DNA of 64,000 nt from an uncultured Gemmatimonadaceae bacterium. Lineage in GTDB: Bacteria > Gemmatimonadota > Gemmatimonadetes > Gemmatimonadales > Gemmatimonadaceae. Numbering within the stretch: the first letter of the stretch is position 1; the number at the start of each line of letters is the position of its first letter. A model generated the notes under the pieces. It saw only the letters and a list, made by a program, of their open reading frames with translations. It made no database searches and was not told the origin of the DNA. The stretch spans positions 480,001-544,000 of the forward strand of contig CAWHHI010000016.1 in NCBI GenBank assembly GCA_963829055.1, read 5' to 3'. Both the position numbers and the translations under genes were made by a program. This document shows positions 55,128 to 64,000 of this stretch, piece after piece.

Positions 55128-56371
55128 CCAAGCGGCGGGTCGTCGTCACCGGGGTGGGTGCCATATCGCCTGTCGGAAACGACGTGGCGACGACCTGGCG
55201 TTCGTTGATCGACGGTCGCTCCGGCGCCGCACCGATCACGAAGTTCGATGCGAGCAATTTTCCGGTGCGCTTCGCGTGTGAGGTGAAGGGCTTCGATCCG
55301 CTCCAGTACATGGAGCGGAAGGAAGCGAAGCGCTCGGATGGCTACACGCAGTACGCAGTCGCCGCCGCCGTCCAGGCCATGCAGGACGCGGCGTTCAAGG
55401 ACGGCAACGGGTACGACCCGGACGCGACCGGCGTCATTCTCGGAAGCGGCATCGGAGGCTTGAAGAGCTTCGAGGAGCAGCACGACGTCTACCGCGAGCG
55501 CGGCCCGGGGAAGATCTCGCCCTTCTTCATCCCGATGTTCATCGCCGACATCGCGGCTGGCATCGTGTCCATGCGTTTCAACGCGAAGGGGCCGAACTAC
55601 GCTACCGTCTCGGCGTGTGCAACGAGCGCGCACGCGATCGGCGATGCGTTCCGCGCCATCGCATACGGCGATGCCGACGTCATGATCACCGGCGGGTCCG
55701 AAGCCACGGTCACGCCAATGGCGATCGGCGGTTTCGCGAACATGCAGGCGCTCTCGGAGCGCAACGACTCACCGGAGACCGCCTCGCGCCCGTTCGACGC
55801 GACGCGTGATGGCTTCGTGATGGGCGAGGGCGCGGCGGTGGTAATTCTCGAAGCGCTCGAGCACGCCGAGAAGCGCGGCGCGAAGATCTACGCCGAGATC
55901 GTCGGCTATGGCGCAACGGGCGATGCCTATCACATCACGCAGCCTGCGCCCGACGGTGAAGGTGCACAGCGCGCGATGCGCCGAGCGCTCAAGGATGCGG
56001 GGATCGCTGCGAGCGATGTCGGCTATGTGAACGCACACGGCACGTCCACGCCCGCGAACGACTTCAACGAGACGCGGGCCATCAAGGCCGTGTTCGGGGA
56101 TTGCGCCAAGACCATCAACGTCAGCTCGACCAAGTCGGCGACGGGCCACATGCTCGGCGCCGCGGGCGCGTTGGAGTTTGTCGTCAGCTCGTTGGTCGTC
56201 CGGGATGGTGTCATTCCGCCGACGATCAACTACATGAATGCCGACCCGGAGTGCGACCTGAACTACACGCCCAACGCGGCTGCGCACCGGAACGTCGAGT
56301 TCGCGCTCAGCAACAGCTTCGGCTTCGGTGGTCATAACGTGGCGCTCGCGGTGAAAAAGTTCAGGGAGTGA
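55124..56371 (+). CDS. fabF: 3-oxoacyl-ACP synthase II
   Basis: [26 protein letters not shown] and NSFGFGG. Confidence 0.97.
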   Translation: MTKRRVVVTGVGAISPVGNDVATTWRSLIDGRSGAAPITKFDASNFPVRFACEVKGFDPLQYMERKEAKRSDGYTQYAVAAAVQAMQDAAFKDGNGYDPDATGVILGSGIGGLKSFEEQHDVYRERGPGKISPFFIPMFIADIAAGIVSMRFNAKGPNYATVSACATSAHAIGDAFRAIAYGDADVMITGGSEATVTPMAIGGFANMQALSERNDSPETASRPFDATRDGFVMGEGAAVVILEALEHAEKRGAKIYAEIVGYGATGDAYHITQPAPDGEGAQRAMRRALKDAGIAASDVGYVNAHGTSTPANDFNETRAIKAVFGDCAKTINVSSTKSATGHMLGAAGALEFVVSSLVVRDGVIPPTINYMNADPECDLNYTPNAAAHRNVEFALSNSFGFGGHNVALAVKKFRE

Positions 56372-56378
56372 TACCGAA

Positions 56379-57569
56379 GTGATCGTGCGCGCTCCGCTCG
56401 ACCTGCCGATGCACCGTCTGTCTGACGCGGCGCTTCGCCCGATCGCCGAAAAGCTCGGTGCTGGCGAGCGGTTGGATGATGCGGACGCCCTGACCCTGTT
56501 CGACTCGCCCGATCTGCTCGGTGTTGGAGCGCTCGCTGACGCAGTGAATCGCGCGAAGCACGGCAACCGCGTGACGTTCGCCGCGAACCAGCACATCAAT
56601 CCCACGAACGTGTGCGTGCTGCGGAAGACCTGTGTCTTCTGTGGCTACGCGCGTTTGCCCAAGGAAGACGGCGCGTATCGGTACACGCTGGAGCAGGTGC
56701 TCGCGGAAGCGGAACCAGCACGCAATGGACTGACGAAGGAGTTTCACATCGTCGGCGGGCTGGATATGAAGGCGGGCCTCGCGTACTACACGGCGATGTT
56801 CCGCGCGCTCAAGCGCGAGTTCCCGCACGTCCACATCAAGGCGCTCACGGCCGTCGAAATTGCGCACATCGCGCGCATCGAGAAGATGACGTGGGAGGCG
56901 GTGCTCATCGCGCTCAGGGAAGCCGGCCTCGATACGATGCCCGGCGGCGGCGCGGAGACGTTCAGTGCCGCCGTGCGAGAGCAGATCGCCGACAAGAAGC
57001 TCGGCGGCGCCGACTACATCGACGTGCATCGCACGGCGCATCGTCTCGGGATCCGCACGAATTGCACGATGCTGTACGGCCACGTCGAGACCCACGCCGA
57101 TCGCGTGGCACACCTGCGCATGCTTCGCGACCTGCAGGATGAGACCCGCGGATTTCTCGCGTACATCCCGCTCGCGTATCACCCGGACGACAACGAGCTC
57201 GGGATCGAGTTGAAGCGTCGCGGCGTGGCGAGCACAGGCTACGATGACCTGCGCAACCTTGCCGTGGGCAGACTGTTCCTCGACAACATCGATCACATCA
57301 AGACGCACTGGATCATGGTCACGCCGTTCCTGTCGCAGACGTCGCTGTCGTTCGGCGTCAACGACATGGAAGGAACGGTGGTCCGCGAAAAGATCTATCA
57401 CGCGGTCGGAGCGCATACGCCGCAGGCGATGACGCTGGAAGAGATCATTCGCCTGATCCGCGGCGCCAGGAAGATCCCCGCGGAGCGCGACTCGTTCTAC
57501 AACGTGCTGCGCACTTTCCCGGAGCAGGAACCGGCAACAGCGGTATCGGTGTCCGTCGAGGCAGCCTAA
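56379..57569 (+). CDS. mqnE: Aminofutalosine synthase (radical SAM)
   Basis: CofH/MqnE-like motifs HINPTNVC, EFHIVGG, PGGGAE, TMLYGH and HIKTHW, adjacent to mqnA and mqnC. Confidence 0.85.
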   Translation: MIVRAPLDLPMHRLSDAALRPIAEKLGAGERLDDADALTLFDSPDLLGVGALADAVNRAKHGNRVTFAANQHINPTNVCVLRKTCVFCGYARLPKEDGAYRYTLEQVLAEAEPARNGLTKEFHIVGGLDMKAGLAYYTAMFRALKREFPHVHIKALTAVEIAHIARIEKMTWEAVLIALREAGLDTMPGGGAETFSAAVREQIADKKLGGADYIDVHRTAHRLGIRTNCTMLYGHVETHADRVAHLRMLRDLQDETRGFLAYIPLAYHPDDNELGIELKRRGVASTGYDDLRNLAVGRLFLDNIDHIKTHWIMVTPFLSQTSLSFGVNDMEGTVVREKIYHAVGAHTPQAMTLEEIIRLIRGARKIPAERDSFYNVLRTFPEQEPATAVSVSVEAA

Positions 57570-57570
57570 C

Positions 57571-58450
57571 GTGCGCGTCGGACGCATTCCGTACGTCAAC
57601 TGCTATCCGGTGTACGGCGCCATTGATCGTGGCGTGGTGACGCTGAAGGCCACGTTGGTGGATGGAGTGCCGAGTGCGCTGAATCGCCGCATGGCCGACG
57701 GGTCGCTCGACGTCAGCGTCGTCTCCGCGGTCGAGTACGCCCGCGACGCCCGGCGCTACCTCTTACTCCCGGATCTCGCGATCTCCTGCGACGGACCGGT
57801 CCGCAGCGTGATGCTCTTCTCGCGCCGGCCCGCGAGCGAGCTCGATGGCAAGCGGGTCATCGTGAGCCGGAGCTCGATGACGAGCGTCGCGCTCCTCGAG
57901 TTGTTGTTCGAGAACGTCTGGCACGCTCGCCCTGAATTCATCGCTGGAGACGCCGAGATGTCCGATATCGCGGCGTTCGATCGAGAGCAGCACGAAGCTC
58001 GGCTAGTCATAGGGGACGCGGCGCTGGTGCTTCGCGGCGAGTCGCGTCCGCGCATCGCCGAGACGTCGGTCGCTGATGCGTCGCGCGCGGGAACGATGCC
58101 CAGCTACCCGTTCTCGTACGACCTCGGCGAAACCTGGAAAGCGTGGACGGGGCTGCCCTTCGTGTTCGCCGTTTGGGTCGCGCAGCGGACGGCTCCGGTA
58201 GCGGAGGCGCTTGGCGTGCACGCGAGCCTGATCGAGTCCCGCAATTGGGGGCTGAAACATTTGCCGGCACTTGCCGCGCAGGCGTCGTCAGGCGACGGGT
58301 GTGTCCGAACCAGTGTGCCACGAATACCTGTCGGGACTGGATTACGGCCTCTCGTACGAGCACCTCGCTGGCCTGACGGAATTCTTCCGGCGCCTCGTGG
58401 CAGCCGGCGTCGTGCCTAACGGGACCCTCGCGTTTCTGCCCGCCGCGTAG
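57571..58450 (+). CDS. mqnA: Chorismate dehydratase, with a +1 frameshift near 58289
   Basis: GRIPYVNCYP, ISCDGPVRSV, SMTSV, LVIGD and YDLG..W..WTGLPFVFAVW. The C-terminus (EYLSGLDY...GLTEFF) ends at TAG 58448-58450. Confidence 0.9.
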
Positions 58451-58468
58451 CACTGCAGGCAATCAGCT

Positions 58469-58497
58469 TCCAGTCCCCAGTCCCGTGTCCCCAGTCC
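58469..58497 (+). repeat. Short CCCAGTC-type heptamer repeat
   Basis: tccagtccccagtcccgtgtccccagtcc immediately before the mqnC ATG. Confidence 0.6.
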
Positions 58498-58498
58498 G

Positions 58499-59533
58499 AT
58501 GAATGATCTGCTCGAGTTCTACACCAACGCTCCGCTGCTCGAGCTCGGTGCCGAGGCGAACCGCATGCGCCTGGAGCGCCACCCCGAGGGGATCGTCACC
58601 TTCATCGTCGATCGCAACATCAACTACACGAACGTCTGTGTAGCCGACTGCGGATTCTGCGCCTTCTACCGGCGGCCGAAGCACGGCGAGGGGTACACGC
58701 TGTCGTTCGAGCAGATCGGTCACAAGATCGACGAGACGAAGGCGTTAGGCGGCGTGCAGATCCTCATCCAGGGTGGGCACAATCCGTACATCCCGTTCGA
58801 GTGGTACCTGGACCTGCTGCGCTACATCAAGACGTATCATCCGATTCACATCCACGGATTCAGCCCGAGCGAGGTCGACTTCTTCGCCAAGGTGTTCCGC
58901 ATGGATGCGCGCGACGTGATCCGCGAGTTGCGCAAGGCTGGACTGGATTCGATTCCTGGTGGCGGCGGCGAGATCCTCGTCCAGCGCGTCCGCGATATCG
59001 TCGCGCCGAAGAAAGCCGGCGCCGACCGGTGGCTCGAGATCATGGAGCTCGCGCATAACGAGGGAATGAAGACGTCGGTGACGATGATGTACGGCATCGG
59101 CGAAACGCTCGCCGAGCGGATCGAACACCTCGAGCGCGTGCGTGATCTTCAGGCGCGCACCGGCGGCTTCACCGCGTTCATCTGCTGGCCGCTCCAGCCG
59201 GAGAACACGCCGTCGATGTCGCACATGCAGCGCACCGACGCCGTGGACTACCTGCGCACGGTGGCCATGGCGCGCATCGTCCTGGAGAACGTGCCGAACC
59301 TGCAGTCGAGCTGGGTCACGATGGGCATGAAGGTCGGCCAGCTCGCGCTCACGTTCGGCTGCAACGACTTCGGATCGCTGATGATCGAGGAGAACGTCGT
59401 CTCGGCCGCGAACACGACACACCGAACGACGATCGAGGAGCTCGAGCATCTCATCATCGACGCCGGCTTCCAGCCGCGTCGGCGACGCCAGGACTACTCG
59501 ATCCTCGAGACGCCCGCGGGAGTAGCCGCCTGA
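58499..59533 (+). CDS. mqnC: Cyclic dehypoxanthine futalosine synthase (radical SAM)
   Basis: DRNINYTNVCVADCGFCAF, LIQGG, IPGGGGEIL, QSSWVT and GSLMIEENVV. Confidence 0.93.
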   Translation: MNDLLEFYTNAPLLELGAEANRMRLERHPEGIVTFIVDRNINYTNVCVADCGFCAFYRRPKHGEGYTLSFEQIGHKIDETKALGGVQILIQGGHNPYIPFEWYLDLLRYIKTYHPIHIHGFSPSEVDFFAKVFRMDARDVIRELRKAGLDSIPGGGGEILVQRVRDIVAPKKAGADRWLEIMELAHNEGMKTSVTMMYGIGETLAERIEHLERVRDLQARTGGFTAFICWPLQPENTPSMSHMQRTDAVDYLRTVAMARIVLENVPNLQSSWVTMGMKVGQLALTFGCNDFGSLMIEENVVSAANTTHRTTIEELEHLIIDAGFQPRRRRQDYSILETPAGVAA

Positions 59534-60102
59534 TGGCGGCGGGAACCGGGAACCGGGAACAGGGAACCGAGGCTCGCACTGACGCGGCGATTCCTGATTC
59601 CCGATTCCCGATTCCCAACATTCGGGTGGGCATTGGCTACGACTCCCACCAATTCAAACCCGGTGGTCCGATGATGCTCGGCGGTTGCTCGATTCCGAGC
59701 GACGTCACGCTCGCTGGCCATTCCGATGGGGACGCCGTTGCGCACGCGCTGACCGACGCGATCCTCGGGGCCGCGTGTGCTGGCGACATTGGCGAGATGT
59801 TTTCCGACACCGACGAACGCAATAGGGGCCGAGACTCGATCGAGATGCTTCGACTCGCCGTTGGACGCGTGCACGAGCTCGGGTGGGTCGTGCATAACGC
59901 GGATATTACCGTGATCACCGAGCGTCCGAAGATCGGCCCGCATCGCGATGCGATGCGGACTGCCCTCGCCGCGGCGATCGGCGTCGACGTCGGCTGCGTC
60001 AGCGTGAAGGGGAAGACGAACGAGGGCATGGGGTGGATCGGTCGCGTGGAAGGCCTCGCGTGCATGGCAGTGGCTTCCTTGACACCGTCCCGTCGAGACT
60101 AG
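59533..60102 (+). CDS. ispF: 2-C-methyl-D-erythritol 2,4-cyclodiphosphate synthase
   Basis: RVGIGYDSH, GHSDGDAVAHA, GDIGEMF and SVKGKTNEG. The N-terminal extension is encoded by repeats. Confidence 0.94.
   Translation: MAAGTGNREQGTEARTDAAIPDSRFPIPNIRVGIGYDSHQFKPGGPMMLGGCSIPSDVTLAGHSDGDAVAHALTDAILGAACAGDIGEMFSDTDERNRGRDSIEMLRLAVGRVHELGWVVHNADITVITERPKIGPHRDAMRTALAAAIGVDVGCVSVKGKTNEGMGWIGRVEGLACMAVASLTPSRRD
59541..59616. repeat. Inverted pair of heptamer arrays, (GGGAACC)4 ... (GATTCCC)4, within the 5' end of ispF
   Basis: gggaacc gggaacc gggaaca gggaacc (59541-59568) and gattcct gattccc gattccc gattccc (59589-59616). Confidence 0.85.
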
Positions 60103-60114
60103 GTCGGGACCACG

Positions 60115-60720
60115 ATGGAAGGTGTTCTCTCCTGGCTGGGCGGGCTGCCACCAGCGGCGCTGTACGTCATCCTCGCATTGGTCGCCGCCACCGAGAATTT
60201 CATTCCGCCCATCCCCGCCGACGTGATCGTCGCGTTCGGGAGCTTCCTCGCTGCTCGCGAACATCGCTCGCCGATTCCGACGATCGTCGCGGTGGTGATC
60301 GGAAACGTCGGCGGCGCACTGGGCATGTTCGCTCTCGGGCGTCGCTTTGGCGCAGAGTGGATTCGGCGTCGCCTCCGCGTTATGGGCGAGGGTGGGGAGG
60401 CCCGGGTTCGGAACGCTTACGATCGCTTTGGATTGCCGGCGCTCTTCCTCAGTCGCTTCCTGCCGGGCGTGCGCGCCGTAGTACCTCCGCTCGCTGGGGC
60501 GATCAAGGTGCCCGCGACCGGCGCTATCGCGGCGATCGCCACGGCTTCGACCATCTGGTACGCGACGCTCGCGATCCTCGCGTATCGGCTCGGCTCCGAG
60601 TGGAGCAGGATCACCGGCGCCATCAAGCGCTTTGAGACGACGGCAGGCATCGTTGCTGGCGCGATCGTGCTCGTCGGATTGCTCGTGTGGTGGGTGATGC
60701 GCCGACGCCGAGCAACGTGA
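60115..60720 (+). CDS. DedA family membrane protein
   Basis: ENFIPPIPAD, GNVGGA...GR.FG and LSRFLPGVR. Confidence 0.9.
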   Translation: MEGVLSWLGGLPPAALYVILALVAATENFIPPIPADVIVAFGSFLAAREHRSPIPTIVAVVIGNVGGALGMFALGRRFGAEWIRRRLRVMGEGGEARVRNAYDRFGLPALFLSRFLPGVRAVVPPLAGAIKVPATGAIAAIATASTIWYATLAILAYRLGSEWSRITGAIKRFETTAGIVAGAIVLVGLLVWWVMRRRRAT

Positions 60721-61637
60721 GCGCGCCAGGCCCTGCGTCGCAGGCCGTCCGTCGTTTCCTGCTCGAGCCGTTCAACGACTTCTTGCTGCTCGAGCAAGGC
60801 GCGTCGCCGCGAACCAACGAGGCCTACGGTCGAGATCTCGAGCGCTTCGCGACGTATGTCATTGGGCGCGGCGCGCCGACGCCCGGTGAGGTATCATCGC
60901 GATTGCTTCGCGAGTACCTCTATCACCTGAAGGACCTCGGGCTCGCGCCCGCGTCGATCCGACGCAACGTGTCGTCGCTGCGGACGTACTTCAAGTTCCT
61001 CCTCGGCGAGGGCCACGTGGCTCGCGATCCGAGTGAGCGGCTCGAGTCGCCGAAGCGATGGAGAGCGCTGCCCGAAGTGCTGAGCGTCGCGGAGATCGAT
61101 CGGCTGCTCGCGTCACCGACGCTGGATGATCCGCTGGTGTTCCGCGACCGCGCGATGCTGGAGCTGGCATACGGCGCTGGCCTGCGTGTCTCCGAATGGA
61201 TCTCCATCGGCACCCGAGACCTCATGTTCGACGAGGGGCTCGTCCGCGTATTCGGCAAGGGCAGCAAGGAGCGCCTCGTTCCCATAGGGCGGAGGGCGAT
61301 CGGCGCACTAGCGACGTACATCCGTGAACTGCGTCCGCGACTCGAGCAGGGTGACGGCCGCGGCGTCCTGTTCCTCAACGCGCGTGGCGAGCCGCTCACA
61401 CGCATGGGGGCGTGGAAGATCCTCCAGAAGTACGTCACGCGCGCAGGGATCGAGAAGCACGTCTCGCCACACACGCTTCGCCACTCCTTCGCGACGCATT
61501 TGCTCGAGGGTGGTGCGGATCTGCGTGCGGTCCAGGAAATGCTTGGGCATGCTGACATCTCGACCACGCAGATCTACACGCACGTGGACCGCGAGTATCT
61601 TCGAAGCGTTCACCGGAAGTATCACCCGCGCGGCTGA
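60717..61637 (+). CDS. xerD: Chromosomal tyrosine recombinase XerD
   Basis: AYGRDL, RDRAMLELAYGAGLRVSE, GKGSKERLVP and SPHTLRHSFATHLLEGGADLRAVQEMLGHADISTTQIYTHV. Confidence 0.92.
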   Translation: MSAPGPASQAVRRFLLEPFNDFLLLEQGASPRTNEAYGRDLERFATYVIGRGAPTPGEVSSRLLREYLYHLKDLGLAPASIRRNVSSLRTYFKFLLGEGHVARDPSERLESPKRWRALPEVLSVAEIDRLLASPTLDDPLVFRDRAMLELAYGAGLRVSEWISIGTRDLMFDEGLVRVFGKGSKERLVPIGRRAIGALATYIRELRPRLEQGDGRGVLFLNARGEPLTRMGAWKILQKYVTRAGIEKHVSPHTLRHSFATHLLEGGADLRAVQEMLGHADISTTQIYTHVDREYLRSVHRKYHPRG

Positions 61638-61647
61638 TTTCTCGTCC

Positions 61648-62223
61648 ATGCTCCTCGTCATAGACAACTACGACTCGTTCACCTACAACCTCGTGCAGTA
61701 TCTCGGCGAGCTTGGGGCGGACGTCGTCGTGCGTCGCAACGATGCGGTGACCGTGGATGAAGTCGGCGCGCTCCGACCCAGCGCGATCGTGGTCTCACCG
61801 GGACCGTGCGCGCCGAGTCAGGCGGGGATAACGGTACCGGTCATCCGACAGTGGGGGAGTTCCATCCCCACGCTCGGCGTGTGCCTCGGGCATCAGGCCA
61901 TCGGCGAAGCGTACGGCGGGCGCGTCGTCCGCGCCCGTCACGTTATGCACGGAAAGGCCTCGACGGTGCGGCACGACGGCACGGGCTTGTTCGACGGCCT
62001 ACCGACTCCGCTGTCCGTCATGCGCTATCACTCGCTGATCGTAGAACGTGAGTCGTTCCCGTCGGAGCTCGAGGTTCTCGCTGTGTCGACCGAAGATCCG
62101 ACCGAGATTCATGCGTTGCGCCATCGCACGCATCCGGTCTGGGGAGTACAGTTTCATCCGGAGTCCATCCTAACGACGGGCGGGAAGACGATCCTCAGGA
62201 ACTTCCTGTCGCTCGCCGGATGA
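61648..62223 (+). CDS. Anthranilate/aminodeoxychorismate synthase component II (glutamine amidotransferase, TrpG/PabA)
   Basis: IDNYDSFTYNL, SPGP, GVCLGHQ, RYHSL and QFHPES. Confidence 0.93.
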   Translation: MLLVIDNYDSFTYNLVQYLGELGADVVVRRNDAVTVDEVGALRPSAIVVSPGPCAPSQAGITVPVIRQWGSSIPTLGVCLGHQAIGEAYGGRVVRARHVMHGKASTVRHDGTGLFDGLPTPLSVMRYHSLIVERESFPSELEVLAVSTEDPTEIHALRHRTHPVWGVQFHPESILTTGGKTILRNFLSLAG

Positions 62224-63728
62224 GGCGTGGCAGCTGGCTCGCGGCACTGATCGCGGTCGGTGTCGCCACGCGAGCCGCTGCGCAACACGCTGGTCAGAGC
62301 ACCATTCAGATCGAGGCTCCCGCGCGAGCGGAGCCCGCGCGAATACTCCGCGCTGCGATCGCCGGACCGCACGACATCATCCTCACGGACTCCACCCGGC
62401 GTCTGATGCTGCCGCGAGGCACCACGCTCCCGCGGACGAGTATCGTCATCGGCGGCAACGTGTCAGTGGGGGCGGGCGTACGCGGTGACATCATCGTCGT
62501 CGGGGGTGACCTCTTCCTCTCACCCGGTGCAGCGATCGACGGCCGCGCCATTGCCATAGGCGGCGCGGTCTACGGGTCTACACTGGCCGTCGTCGCTGGA
62601 GGCACACAGAGCTTCCGAGATGCAACATTCGACGCGACCACGACAGCAGCTGGACTACGACTCGACTACCGCGATACCGAGGAGCCGCCGGCAGCATTCG
62701 AGTTGCCACTCGTGGCAGGGTTGCGCATGCCGTCGTACGACCGTGTACAGGGCGCGAGCATACCGTGGGGGCCGATACTTCGCCCAACGGCGCGTGTGGA
62801 GCTCGACCCCACGGTCACGTACCGATCGCACATTGGGGAGTGGGATCCTGGCATCGCGGTCGTCGTTCGGGCCGGAGACGTGTGGAGCCTAACGCTGGAC
62901 GCTCGGCGCGGCACGTTTACGAACGACGCGTGGATCCAGACGAATCTCGTCAACAGCTTCAACACGTTGGTCGCCGGCGTCGACTCCCGAAACTACTTCC
63001 GCGCGGATCGCGGCGAAGTCGCGATCCGCCGCACCGATCGTACTGCGACGCTCGAGCTCGAAACCGCATTCGGCGTCTCCACCGAGCAAGCGTCGTCTGT
63101 CGGGTCACCGGACACGCTCGGCGGTCGACCATGGAGCCTCGTCGGCCGAGGTGACGCCGATAACCTTCGCCGCCCGAATCCACCGGTGCAGCGAGGTCGC
63201 ATCCATTCGGCCTTCGTGGGCTCGAATGCGGAATGGATGGTCGGCGATGTCCGAATGAAGGGATGGTATCGGATCGAGTTGCCGTGGGAGACGCCTGGTG
63301 ACGTTAGGTTCGTTCAGGTTACCGCCGACGGCACCATTCAGTTCCCGACGTTCGGGCTTCAGCGCTTCCGGGCTGATGTGCACGTCGTTGCGACACCAGG
63401 CGACACCACGCCTCCGCAGCGGTTCGCGTACCTCGGCGGCTGGGGCACCCTTCCGGCCACCGGTGGCCTCCTGTCGCTCGGTGGAGATCAGCTCCTTTAC
63501 GTCGACAGCCGGTACGAAATTCCGCTGCAGCGTATCAAGATCCCGTTCGTCGGATCGCCCATGTTCAGCCTGAGACACCGCGCCGGATCCGCCGGCGTCC
63601 AGCACCTGCCTCGGCTGACTCAGAACGTGGGAGCGCTGCTCACGTTGAGCCTCGTCCGAGTCGAGTACGCGGTAGACCCCGCGACTCGGAAGCAGTCGCT
63701 CGGCGTCGGACTTTCGATCGCCCGGTAG
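62220..63728 (+). CDS. Hypothetical exported/outer-membrane protein
   Basis: Signal peptide, a Gly/Val/Ile-rich beta-helix-like repeat region, and then amphipathic beta-strand-like sequence. Confidence 0.6.
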   Translation: MRRGSWLAALIAVGVATRAAAQHAGQSTIQIEAPARAEPARILRAAIAGPHDIILTDSTRRLMLPRGTTLPRTSIVIGGNVSVGAGVRGDIIVVGGDLFLSPGAAIDGRAIAIGGAVYGSTLAVVAGGTQSFRDATFDATTTAAGLRLDYRDTEEPPAAFELPLVAGLRMPSYDRVQGASIPWGPILRPTARVELDPTVTYRSHIGEWDPGIAVVVRAGDVWSLTLDARRGTFTNDAWIQTNLVNSFNTLVAGVDSRNYFRADRGEVAIRRTDRTATLELETAFGVSTEQASSVGSPDTLGGRPWSLVGRGDADNLRRPNPPVQRGRIHSAFVGSNAEWMVGDVRMKGWYRIELPWETPGDVRFVQVTADGTIQFPTFGLQRFRADVHVVATPGDTTPPQRFAYLGGWGTLPATGGLLSLGGDQLLYVDSRYEIPLQRIKIPFVGSPMFSLRHRAGSAGVQHLPRLTQNVGALLTLSLVRVEYAVDPATRKQSLGVGLSIAR

Positions 63729-63778
63729 GTCCCGACGAGCGGATGTTCGATGACCCGCCGAAAATCTGACCGCGCGGG

Positions 63779-63807
63779 TTTGCAATCGATGGGGAGGGGT
63801 GTAACTT
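63779..63807 (+). promoter_or_regulatory. Possible promoter for kdsB
   Basis: TTTGCA-N17-TAACTT (or TTGCAA-N16). Confidence 0.45.
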
Positions 63808-63852
63808 GAGTGGCGTGCAATTTGCTGCCTCGCGCGCCCCTCAGAGCCCGAC

Positions 63853-64000
63853 GTGAAGACGCTGGCCGTCATTCCGGCTCGGCTCGGCGCCTCGCGCCTC
63901 CCCCGAAAACCGCTTCGCCTCATCGGCGGAGTTCCATTGGTGGTCCGCGTCTGGGAACGCGTCTCATCGATCGGTATCGCGGACCAGGTCGTGGTCGCGA
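63853..64000 (+). CDS. kdsB: 3-deoxy-manno-octulosonate cytidylyltransferase (3' partial)
   Basis: Hand translation from GTG 63853 gives [37 protein letters not shown]...DQVVVA. Confidence 0.9.
   Translation, partial: MKTLAVIPARLGASRLPRKPLRLIGGVPLVVRVWERVSSIGIADQVVVA

Noticed and set aside
60717..61637. Tyrosine recombinase as a prophage or island integrase
   Set aside because: It has XerD-type motifs, sits in housekeeping context, and has no att sites, tRNA or cargo genes nearby.

Overview
This is a GC-rich, gene-dense core-chromosome segment. Gene content and order suggest Gemmatimonadota, but that is an inference because no rRNA marker is present. Every gene I call is on the + strand except dcd. 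In order: a membrane protein, D-2-hydroxyacid dehydrogenase, pepA, a TonB-plug-like outer-membrane protein, yicC-gmk-rpoZ-coaBC-udg-dnaB-radA-ispD-tsaC-LMW phosphatase-aroE-comF, gap-pgk-tpiA-secG-carA, HU/IHF, moaD-moaE-moaA, mdh-sdhCAB, dcd, a full nuoA-N operon, a phosphohexomutase, UPF0182, sucCD-(EIIA/CBS)-ndk, yceD-rpmF-plsX-fabHDG-acpP-fabF, mqnE-mqnA-mqnC, ispF, dedA, xerD, trpG/pabA, a predicted outer-membrane protein and the start of kdsB. I found no RNA genes, CRISPR arrays or mobile genes. Fourteen +1 frameshifts, several in essential genes, look like sequencing insertion errors. The strongest unexplained signal is a non-palindromic motif, CCTAAC(G)/(C)GTTAGG. I counted about 46 copies by eye, on both strands and mostly inside genes, where it is read in several frames and often uses rare codons. 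Other notable items are a Rex-type operator before nuoA, inverted heptamer repeat arrays, a UDG with a UdgX-like His Fe-S ligand, an MqnE with a CX5CX2C motif, a YwlE-type phosphatase and an EIIA-CBS fusion.
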